Shown here in pieces: positions 56,424 through 64,000 of a DNA stretch of 64,000 nt. Origin of the DNA: an uncultured Actinomycetales bacterium (GTDB taxonomy: Bacteria > Actinomycetota > Actinomycetes > S36-B12); contig CAJXYI010000001.1 of assembly GCA_913063435.1 (NCBI GenBank), positions 4,527 to 68,526 on the forward strand, in the 5' to 3' direction. The notes beneath the pieces are model-generated. The model was given only the letters and a program-made list of their open reading frames with translations, was not told the DNA's origin and did not search any database. Both the position numbers and the translations under genes were made by a program. The number at the start of each line of letters is the position of its first letter. Position 1 is the stretch's first letter.

Positions 56424-57596
56424 GTGCGCGTCCTGATCGCCCCGGATTCCTTTGGGGGCACCATGTCCGCTGTCGAAGCGGCCGAGGCCATCGCAGCCGG
56501 TTGGCGTCGCGCAGCGCAGGCGAGTGAGATCGTCAGCGTCCCCCTCTCGGATGGGGGACCGGGAATGCTCGACGTGATCGTCGCCGGGTTCGATGCGCGC
56601 GGTGTCGAATCCCAGACGCTGATGGCCACCGTGCCCGGGCCCCGTGGACAGCAGGTCCCGGCCATGATCGTGGTACAGGAGCACACCGCCTACATCGAGT
56701 CGGCCCAAGCCTGCGGCCTGCACCTGGTTGCCCGAGACGCACGGGATCCATGGACGTCCACGAGTGCGGGCCTGGGGCTGGTGCTCGACCACGCTCGCGA
56801 CGCCGGCGTCGACCGCATCGTCGTCGGACTCGGCGGGACCGGAACCATCGACGCGGGGGCGGGGTTGCTCGCCGCGATGGGTGCGCACGCGTGGGACGGG
56901 GAAGGTCGAGAAGCATCCGATCAATTGCGTTGCGGACCATCGGGATTTGCGGATGTGGCACGCGTCGACATCATGCCCGCCGTGCAGGACTGGGTCGGGG
57001 TTGACGTCATCGCCGCGGTCGACGTCGATGTGCCCCTGACCGGACCGCAGGGGGCCGCCCGTGGATTCGGTGCTCAGAAGTTCCCCGACCCGGCGGCGGT
57101 GACCGCTGCGCAACTCGGCGATCTCGAGGAGTCGATCGCGCGATTCGTCGGCCTGGTGCACGGTCATCTCGACACTCCAGACCTCACCAACAGAGCCGGT
57201 TCGGGGGCGGCCGGGGGTATCGGCTGGGCGCTGCAGTGCCTGGGTGCCACCGTCGTTCCAGGAATCGACATCGTCGCGGCCACGGTGGGACTGCACGACC
57301 TGCTCGATGGGGTGGATGTGGTCATCACCGGAGAGGGCCGCTTGGATTGGCAGTCCCGTCGCGGCAAGGTCATCTCCGGTGTGGCCGAACGGGCCAGCGC
57401 CCGCGGGATCCCGGTCGTGGCGGTCGCAGGCCGAGTCGATCTCGGAGCCCGGGAACTCGCCGGCCTCGGAATCGTCGAGGCGTGGTCGCTTGCCGAGCAG
57501 CCGGGAGGGCTGGCCCGGTCGATGATCTCCGCCCACCAGGCGCTCGCCGATGCCGCCGCCCGGATCGCCGCCCAGTGGGGGAGTGGGGCGACCTGA
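56424..57596 (+). CDS. Glycerate kinase
   Basis: VLIAPDSFGGT, PLSDGGPG, IESAQACG, GLGGTGT.D.G.G, FGAQK, GAAGGIG, TGEGRLD.QS..GKV; alternative start 56388. Confidence 0.88.
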   Translation: MRVLIAPDSFGGTMSAVEAAEAIAAGWRRAAQASEIVSVPLSDGGPGMLDVIVAGFDARGVESQTLMATVPGPRGQQVPAMIVVQEHTAYIESAQACGLHLVARDARDPWTSTSAGLGLVLDHARDAGVDRIVVGLGGTGTIDAGAGLLAAMGAHAWDGEGREASDQLRCGPSGFADVARVDIMPAVQDWVGVDVIAAVDVDVPLTGPQGAARGFGAQKFPDPAAVTAAQLGDLEESIARFVGLVHGHLDTPDLTNRAGSGAAGGIGWALQCLGATVVPGIDIVAATVGLHDLLDGVDVVITGEGRLDWQSRRGKVISGVAERASARGIPVVAVAGRVDLGARELAGLGIVEAWSLAEQPGGLARSMISAHQALADAAARIAAQWGSGAT

Positions 57597-57723
57597 ACCG
57601 CCATCGCGGGCGCCCGGGCTCGAAATACGACACACTGGGGTGCATAATTCAAGGGTGAGCCTTGTCGCACGCGGCTCGCCCCGCGCAACCACTCGTCCCG
57701 CGCAATCAGGAGGAATGACACAC

Positions 57724-58068
57724 ATGACCGCTGAGACGTCGACCGATGGCATCGTCCTCACCGACACCGCTGCGAGCAAGGTCAAGACCCTGCTGGAAGC
57801 CGAGGGTCGCGAAGACCTCGCGCTGCGCATCGCCGTCCAGCCCGGCGGTTGCTCAGGCCTGCGCTATCAATTGTTCTTCGATGACCGCTCCCTCGACGGC
57901 GACATCGTCAAGGACTTCAGCGGGGTTGGTGTCGTCACCGACCGGATGAGCGCGCCGTATCTCAGCGGTGCCGTCATCGACTTCGTGGACACGATCGAAA
58001 AGCAGGGGTTCACCATCGACAACCCCAATGCGGGCGGTTCGTGCGCCTGCGGCGATTCGTTCCACTGA
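57724..58068 (+). CDS. HesB/IscA/ErpA iron-sulfur cluster insertion protein
   Basis: GGCSGL.Y, D..S..YL.G..IDF, GF.IDNPNA..SCACGDSF; AGGAGG RBS. Confidence 0.93.
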   Translation: MTAETSTDGIVLTDTAASKVKTLLEAEGREDLALRIAVQPGGCSGLRYQLFFDDRSLDGDIVKDFSGVGVVTDRMSAPYLSGAVIDFVDTIEKQGFTIDNPNAGGSCACGDSFH

Positions 58069-58141
58069 CCGACGAAGCGCATTCTGAGCCTGCAGCCCGG
58101 TTGGTATCGGTCGCGCGACCGGCACCGGTAGCCTCGCGCGG

Positions 58142-59137
58142 GTGAACATCGTCGTAACAGGTTCGATCGCCACCGATCATCTGATGACCTTCCCGGGTCG
58201 ATTCGCCGACTCTCTCGTTGCCGACAAACTCGATCGGGTCTCGCTGTCCTTCCTCGTCGATGCGCTCGAGGTGCGTCGCGGAGGTGTGGCAGCGAACATC
58301 GCCTTCGGGATGGGCTATCTGGGCCTTCGGCCCGTCCTCGTCGGCGCGGTGGGCCCGGACTTCGCCGATTACGGCTCCTGGCTGGCCCGCCACGGTGTCG
58401 ACATCGACAGCATCCACACTTCGCAGGTGCACCAGACGGCGAGGTTCGTCTGTACGACCGATGAGGAAGCGAACCAAATCGCATCGTTCTATTCCGGTGC
58501 GATGAGCGAGGCGCGTGACATCGAACTGCTACCAGTCGCCGACCGGCTCGGCTCGATCGACCTGGTGGTGGTCGGTCCGAACGACCCCGAGGGAATGCTG
58601 CGCCACACCGATGAATGTCGACAGCGAGGGTTCGCCTTCGCCGCCGATCCGTCCCAGCAGCTGGCCCGCATGGATGGCCCGCAGATCCGGCGACTCATCG
58701 ATGGTGCGACATATCTGTTCACCAATGAGTACGAAGCCGCACTGACCGAGCAGAAAACAGGCTGGAGTGCAACGGAAATCGCCGATCGGGTGCACTGTCG
58801 TATTACGACCCTCGGTGCCCAGGGTGCACGCGTGGAGCGTAACGGACATCCGGTGGTTGAAGTCGGCTGCCCGCAGGAAGACTCCGTGGTCGATCCGACC
58901 GGTGTCGGTGATGCGTTCCGCGCCGGATTCCTTGCCGGTCTCGCGTTCGGGCTATCCGATGAGCGCTGCGCCCAACTCGGGTCGACCCTGGCGACGTATG
59001 TGATCGAGACGGTTGGCACCCAGGAATACCGGCTGCGAACCGATCATGTCCGGTCTCGACTCGAGCAGACCTATGGCCTCGACGCGGCACAGGAGCTTGT
59101 GCAGCATCTGTCGTTACAGGACGGCGTCGACGTCTGA
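58142..59137 (+). CDS. PfkB carbohydrate kinase, actinobacterial adenosine-kinase-like
   Basis: VTGSIATDHLM.FPG.F, GGVAANIA, QIASFY.GAM, DPSQQ, NEYE, DPTGVGDAFRAG. Confidence 0.88.
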   Translation: MNIVVTGSIATDHLMTFPGRFADSLVADKLDRVSLSFLVDALEVRRGGVAANIAFGMGYLGLRPVLVGAVGPDFADYGSWLARHGVDIDSIHTSQVHQTARFVCTTDEEANQIASFYSGAMSEARDIELLPVADRLGSIDLVVVGPNDPEGMLRHTDECRQRGFAFAADPSQQLARMDGPQIRRLIDGATYLFTNEYEAALTEQKTGWSATEIADRVHCRITTLGAQGARVERNGHPVVEVGCPQEDSVVDPTGVGDAFRAGFLAGLAFGLSDERCAQLGSTLATYVIETVGTQEYRLRTDHVRSRLEQTYGLDAAQELVQHLSLQDGVDV

Positions 59138-59233
59138 CACAGCGAACGTCACGTGGGAGCCTCAACTCCTCGAACCCAGTTTCCGGACACTCCTGCAGCC
59201 GTTTCCAGCCGCGAGCGTCACAATCTGGTGGTG

Positions 59234-59941
59234 ATGCATCCCGTCGAGCCGGAGCCCACAGCCTGGGCGCTGCCCGACCCGAGCGAGGCGCCACCGGGAA
59301 CCGATGTCATCGGAATCGGGGCCGATCTTGTACCGGGAACCATCCTCAGCGCGTATCGGCGGGGACTGTTCCCGATGGATGTCGAGCGGGGAGGGCCGTT
59401 GGGGTGGTGGTCGCCCGATCCTCGCGGAGTGCTCCCCCTGACGGGTTTGCGGATCTCGCGTTCGCTGCGCCGGTCGGTACGTCGTTTCGACATCAGCGTG
59501 GATACCTGTTTCACCGATGTGATGCATGCCTGCGCTGATGAACGTCGCGATCATGGCTGGATCACCGCCGACTTCATCGATGCCTACTCCCGGCTTCATC
59601 GGTTGGGATGGGCGCACTCGGTCGAGGTGTGGAACCCTGCCGGTGATCTTGTAGGGGGTCTCTACGGCATCGAGGTCGGGGGGCTGTTCGCAGGGGAGTC
59701 GATGTTCCACCGGGAACGTGATGCCTCCAAGGTCGCTCTGGTCGCGCTCGTCGATCGCCTGGTGCAGGACCGATCACAGTTGCTCGCCGCCGGGCGCGGT
59801 GAGCGCCTGCTCGATGTCCAGTGGGTGACCGATCACCTGGCGTCGCTTGGTGCGATCGCGATACCTCGACGGGTCTATCTGGAAAGGTTGGCCATCGCGT
59901 TGGAGATTCCGCCGCTCCTGGCGGCGCCAATCGACCGATAA
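59234..59941 (+). CDS. aat: Leucyl/phenylalanyl-tRNA--protein transferase
   Basis: GADL, AYRRGLFP, WWSPDPRG, WIT, AHSVEVW, LVGGLYG, FAGESMF, DASKVAL, DVQ..T.HL.SLGA. Confidence 0.93.
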   Translation: MHPVEPEPTAWALPDPSEAPPGTDVIGIGADLVPGTILSAYRRGLFPMDVERGGPLGWWSPDPRGVLPLTGLRISRSLRRSVRRFDISVDTCFTDVMHACADERRDHGWITADFIDAYSRLHRLGWAHSVEVWNPAGDLVGGLYGIEVGGLFAGESMFHRERDASKVALVALVDRLVQDRSQLLAAGRGERLLDVQWVTDHLASLGAIAIPRRVYLERLAIALEIPPLLAAPIDR

Positions 59942-59977
59942 CCGCAAAAAGCTCCACGCGGTCACGACACGCCAGAG

Positions 59978-61159
59978 TCAGTCGATCTCCGGAGCCCCGA
60001 GGGCCGCACGGTCGGCGGCGATGACCTCGGCGAGCGCATCGACGAATCCGGCCACGCTGGACTCGTTCGCACCCACCGGCAGAGTCAGCCGCAGATTTCC
60101 CTGAGTGAGCGCTCCCATGGCTTCGAGGACGTGGCTGGGGCGGCGGGTGTCGGCGACGCAGGAGGAGCCGCTGGATACGGCGAATCCGGCGGCATCCAAC
60201 CCGTCGACGAGCGCATCGGCGGAGGTGTACAGGCACGACAGGGCCAGCAGATAGGGCAGGTCCGGGCTGCCCAGCACGCTGACACCGGCTATCCGGTCGC
60301 GGACGTCAGCCTGGACGTCGTCGAGGAGCATCCGGCACACCTGCCCGTCAGCATGGGATCGCACCCGGTCGAGGGCCCACTCCAGGGCTCGGGCGGCCAC
60401 CGCGATCAGGGCCACCGCCGGGGTGCCGGGCACCCGTCCTGATTCCCGTTCATCCACCGGTCCCGGGGGAGCCCAGGCCACCGGGGATCGGATTCCCAGG
60501 ACTCCGACTCCCGCCGGCCCGCCCCAGGTGAGCGCGGAGGCGATGAGGAGGTCACCCGGTGGTGGGGGGACCACCCGGCCGATGGCGGTGGTGGCATCGA
60601 CGAGCAGGGGAACGCCGGCGTCGCGGCAGGCCATGTGGATGTCCGAGACGGGTTGGGCGGTTCCCACCTCGTGGTTGAAGGCCTGCAGGCAGGCCAGGGA
60701 CACACCCGTGGCTTGGACTGCCGATGCGAAGGCCTCGTCATCCACTCGACCGGTCGCATCGACCTCGATCACCGTGATGGGGGTACCCATCCGCTCGAGG
60801 ACATCGCAGGCGCGCAGGATCGCGCTGTGCTCGACGGCGCTGACTACGACGGTCCCCGGTCGTGCAGCCAGACGCCCGATGATCGCCCGATGCATGGCAT
60901 CGGTCGCGGAGGCTGTGAACGAGACCTCGGGGGAGCGCAGCCCCATGGCCTGGGCGATCGACTCCCGGGACGCTTCGAGGAGCATCGAGGCCACCCGGCC
61001 ATCTCGGTAGCGCCGGGCCGGATCGGCCCAACCGCGATCGAATGCAGCAGCGATGGCTGCGGCGCCGCCGGGGTTCAGACCAGCCCCGGCAAGGGCATCG
61101 CAGAAGCCCGGGGATGGCCACGCGGCGTTCGATGCCGCTGCTGATGCGACCCCGGCCAT
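59978..61159 (-). CDS. Cysteine desulfurase family (class V PLP fold) protein lacking the PLP lysine
   Basis: WADP, VSAVEHSA, NHEVGT.QP, VDA, SSGSSC (Cys kept), PSHVL.AMG; SAHK motif reads SALT. Confidence 0.8.
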   Translation of the reverse strand: MAGVASAAASNAAWPSPGFCDALAGAGLNPGGAAAIAAAFDRGWADPARRYRDGRVASMLLEASRESIAQAMGLRSPEVSFTASATDAMHRAIIGRLAARPGTVVVSAVEHSAILRACDVLERMGTPITVIEVDATGRVDDEAFASAVQATGVSLACLQAFNHEVGTAQPVSDIHMACRDAGVPLLVDATTAIGRVVPPPPGDLLIASALTWGGPAGVGVLGIRSPVAWAPPGPVDERESGRVPGTPAVALIAVAARALEWALDRVRSHADGQVCRMLLDDVQADVRDRIAGVSVLGSPDLPYLLALSCLYTSADALVDGLDAAGFAVSSGSSCVADTRRPSHVLEAMGALTQGNLRLTLPVGANESSVAGFVDALAEVIAADRAALGAPEID

Positions 61160-61392
61160 GGGGGAACGGTACCTAGGCCGACAGGCTCGATGGACGCCAC
61201 CATCGGGTGAGGCGAACACCACACTCGCATCTGCTGGCGAGGGGTGTCCGGTGGGGGATCGTGCGCTAGTCTCGCCCTAGAGGAGTTCGTGAGGAGAGGG
61301 CCGGGGTGAACCCGGTCGTCCTGGCGGGCGCCCAGTCTGTTTCGCAGGACATGGTTTTCGCCGGACAGCGGGCGAGCGACGACGAAGGGTGC

Positions 61393-62220
61393 GTGGTGGG
61401 TCACAGCCGGTCACGGATGACACGCAGGGCGGGTGTCATCGCGGGAATCGTGGGGGTGGCCCTGGTCGCCTCCGGATGCACGGCCAACGAGGCGTTCTTC
61501 TTCGATCTGCCCTCACCGGCCACCGAGGAAGCGCCCATCACACAGAACCTGTGGAATGGTGCCTGGATCGCGGCCTGGGGCGTGGGCATCGTCACCTGGG
61601 CCCTGATGATCTGGGCGGCGGTGGCCTATCGCCGCCGCAAGAACGCCGGCATCCCCGAGCAGACCAAATACAACATCCCGCTGGAGACGCTCTACACCGT
61701 CGTCCCGCTGATCATGATCCTGGGACTGTTCTTCTTCACCGCCCGCGATCAGGCTGAGTTGGTCGCCGTCGACAACGACCAGGACGAGACCGTCAACGTC
61801 GTCGGGTTCCGCTGGAGCTGGGCCTTCAACTACCTCGACGAGGATGTCTACGACGTCGGGACAGCCTCGATCCCGCCGACGCTGTATCTCCCGGTGGACG
61901 AGAAGATCCGCTTCGAACTGTCCTCCCCGGATGTCATCCACTCCTTCTGGGTGCCCAACTGGCTGTTCAAGATGGACGTCATCCCCGGCAAGGTGAATGT
62001 CTTCGAGGTCACGCCCAACGAGACCGGCACATTCGTGGGCCGATGCGCTGAGCTGTGCGGCGTCGATCATGCTCGCATGATCTTCAACGTCACCGTCGTC
62101 ACACGAGCGGAGTACGAAGCCCAGATGCAGGCGCTGCGGGACAAGGGCCAAACGGGCAAACTCGAAAGCGAGCGCGTGAATTACGAGGGTGAACGAGACT
62201 CGGAGAGGATCAACCTGTGA
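61393..62220 (+). CDS. ctaC: Cytochrome c oxidase subunit II
   Basis: Lipobox ASGC, two TM helices, [15 protein letters not shown], CuA motif [10 protein letters not shown]; GTG after GAAGGG. Confidence 0.93.
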   Translation: MVGHSRSRMTRRAGVIAGIVGVALVASGCTANEAFFFDLPSPATEEAPITQNLWNGAWIAAWGVGIVTWALMIWAAVAYRRRKNAGIPEQTKYNIPLETLYTVVPLIMILGLFFFTARDQAELVAVDNDQDETVNVVGFRWSWAFNYLDEDVYDVGTASIPPTLYLPVDEKIRFELSSPDVIHSFWVPNWLFKMDVIPGKVNVFEVTPNETGTFVGRCAELCGVDHARMIFNVTVVTRAEYEAQMQALRDKGQTGKLESERVNYEGERDSERINL

Positions 62221-64000
62221 CCATCCTGAATGAGCCCCCGGCAGCCGCACCCACCGCGCCGGCCCCGACCCTCACACCCAAGGAGCAGCGGCGCGAGCAT
62301 CTGGGTCGCACCATTGTCAAGTGGATCACCTCGACCGACCATAAGACGATCGGCTACCTCTACCTGATCACCTCATTCGCCTTCTTCATCATCGCCGGTG
62401 CCATGGCGCTGGTGATCCGCGCCGAGCTCGCCGTTCCCGGTCTGCAGTTCGTGAGCTTGGAGCAGTACAACCAGTTGTTCACGATGCATGGAACGATCAT
62501 GCTGTTCCTGTTCGCCACACCGTTGTACGTCGGCTTCGGCAACGTGATCGTGCCCCTGCAGATCGGTGCCCCGGACGTCGCGTTCCCGCGGCTGAACATG
62601 CTCGGCTACTGGATGTTCCTCTTCGGCGGCATCATCGTGATGGCCGGCTTCCTCACCCCCGGCGGTCCAGCATCCTTCGGCTGGTTCGCGTATCAGCCGC
62701 TCAGCAACGCCCTGTATTCCCCGGGTGCCGGCGCCGACCTGTGGTTCCTCGGCCTCGCCCTCGGTGGCCTGGGCACCATCTTGGGTTCGGTCAACTTCAT
62801 CACCACGATCTTCGCGATGCGCGCGCCGGGCATGACGATGTTCCGACTGCCCATCTTCGTGTGGACCATCCTGGTCACCGCCGTGCTGGTGCTCATCGCC
62901 TTCCCGATCCTGGCTGCCGCCCTCGTGGTCGCGTTCATCGACCGCCAATACGGCACGGTGGTGTTCGACCCTGAAAACGGTGGCGCCATCCTGTGGCAGC
63001 ACCTGTTCTGGTTCTTTGGTCATCCCGAGGTCTACATCATCGCTCTGCCGTTCTTCGGTATCGCCAGCGAGATCATCCCGGTGTTCTCCCGCAAGCCGAT
63101 CTTCGGCTACAAGGGTCTCGTCGTCGCCACCATGGCGATCGGCGCCCTTTCGGTGGCCGTATGGGCGCACCACATGTACGTCACCGGCTCTGTCTATCTG
63201 CCGTTCTTCGCGCTGATGACGATGCTCATCGCCGTCCCGACAGGGGTGAAGTTCTTCAACTGGATCGGCACGATGTGGCGGGGCTCCATATCCTTCGACA
63301 CTCCCATGCTGTGGACGATGGGCTTCCTCATCACCTTCTTGTTCGGTGGCTTGACCGGCATCATCCTGTCCAGCCCGCCGCTGGACTTCCACGTCTCTGA
63401 TTCCTACTTCGTCGTGGCGCACTTCCACTACGTGGTCTTCGGGACCGTCGTGTTCCTCATGTTCGCCGGGTTCTACTTCTGGTGGCCGAAGATGACCGGC
63501 CGGATGCTCGACGAACGATTAGGCAAGGTGCACTTCTGGTTGGTGTTCATCGGTTTCCAGGTCACGTTCCTCGTTCAGCATTGGCTGGGTGTGCAGGGCA
63601 TGCCGCGCCGTTACGGGGACTACCTCGAAAGTGACGGATTCACTACGCTCAACACGGTGTCGACGATCGGATCGTTCATCGTCGGGTTCTCCACGGTGTT
63701 CTTCATCTGGAATGTGATCAAGACATGGCGTAGTGCCCCGAAGGTCACCGTCGACGATCCCTGGGGTTGGGGCGGCTCCTTGGAATGGGCGACGTCCTGT
63801 CCGCCGCCCCGGCACAATTTCACCTCACTGCCGCGGATCCGATCCGAGCGTCCCGCTTTCGACCTGCATCACCCGGAGTTGGCCGCACCTCAGGTCACGC
63901 CCGGTGCGGTCGGTGTCTTCACCCGGGTGCTTGCTGGTGATGGCCCGTCGCCGACGAAGGCGGATATCCAGGCGCGGGACGATAAGGCGCAGGGTCGAGG
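62217..64000 (+). CDS. ctaD: Cytochrome c oxidase subunit I (runs off the window end; absent from the ORF track)
   Basis: Read by hand from GTG 62217: [51 protein letters not shown]; no stop seen before 64000. Confidence 0.96.
   Translation, partial: MTILNEPPAAAPTAPAPTLTPKEQRREHLGRTIVKWITSTDHKTIGYLYLITSFAFFIIAGAMALVIRAELAVPGLQFVSLEQYNQLFTMHGTIMLFLFATPLYVGFGNVIVPLQIGAPDVAFPRLNMLGYWMFLFGGIIVMAGFLTPGGPASFGWFAYQPLSNALYSPGAGADLWFLGLALGGLGTILGSVNFITTIFAMRAPGMTMFRLPIFVWTILVTAVLVLIAFPILAAALVVAFIDRQYGTVVFDPENGGAILWQHLFWFFGHPEVYIIALPFFGIASEIIPVFSRKPIFGYKGLVVATMAIGALSVAVWAHHMYVTGSVYLPFFALMTMLIAVPTGVKFFNWIGTMWRGSISFDTPMLWTMGFLITFLFGGLTGIILSSPPLDFHVSDSYFVVAHFHYVVFGTVVFLMFAGFYFWWPKMTGRMLDERLGKVHFWLVFIGFQVTFLVQHWLGVQGMPRRYGDYLESDGFTTLNTVSTIGSFIVGFSTVFFIWNVIKTWRSAPKVTVDDPWGWGGSLEWATSCPPPRHNFTSLPRIRSERPAFDLHHPELAAPQVTPGAVGVFTRVLAGDGPSPTKADIQARDDKAQGR

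Overview
High-GC actinobacterial chromosomal window, gene-dense and mostly core or near-core; I found no rRNA, tRNA, CRISPR array, transposase or integrase. In order: (1) an acyl-CoA ligase fragment, CoA transferase and glutaryl-CoA dehydrogenase; (2) a ~14 kb polyamine/amine uptake and catabolism cluster (class III aminotransferase, Lrp/AsnC, two aminoaldehyde dehydrogenases, PotABCD-like ABC transporter, two FAD oxidoreductases, a saccharopine-dehydrogenase-like protein); (3) a DUF4397 / class F sortase / ECF sigma / RskA-like anti-sigma operon with a SigK-type promoter; (4) a DNA-damage cassette (DUF6504-like, SAV_6107-like HEPN, dnaE2-like, dinB) with no imuA/imuB, preceded by both a PafBC-type promoter and a LexA box; (5) MoxR-DUF58-transglutaminase; (6) the sucB-lpdA-pepA-gcvT-cobT block; (7) a cobalamin-riboswitch-controlled ECF transporter operon with two exported proteins; (8) pspA-htpX-pspAB, nadA, IscA-family, kinases, aat, a degenerate cysteine desulfurase and ctaC-ctaD. 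The most unusual signal is an AbiEi/DUF559-like nuclease gene (53987-54976) bracketed by two 66-bp palindromic direct repeats (61/66 identical), plus a related gene-less 65-bp palindrome 37 kb away (16896-16960). Together they suggest a REPIN-like element family with a non-RAYT cognate nuclease (inference). All family names come from motif recognition by eye; no database searches were run.
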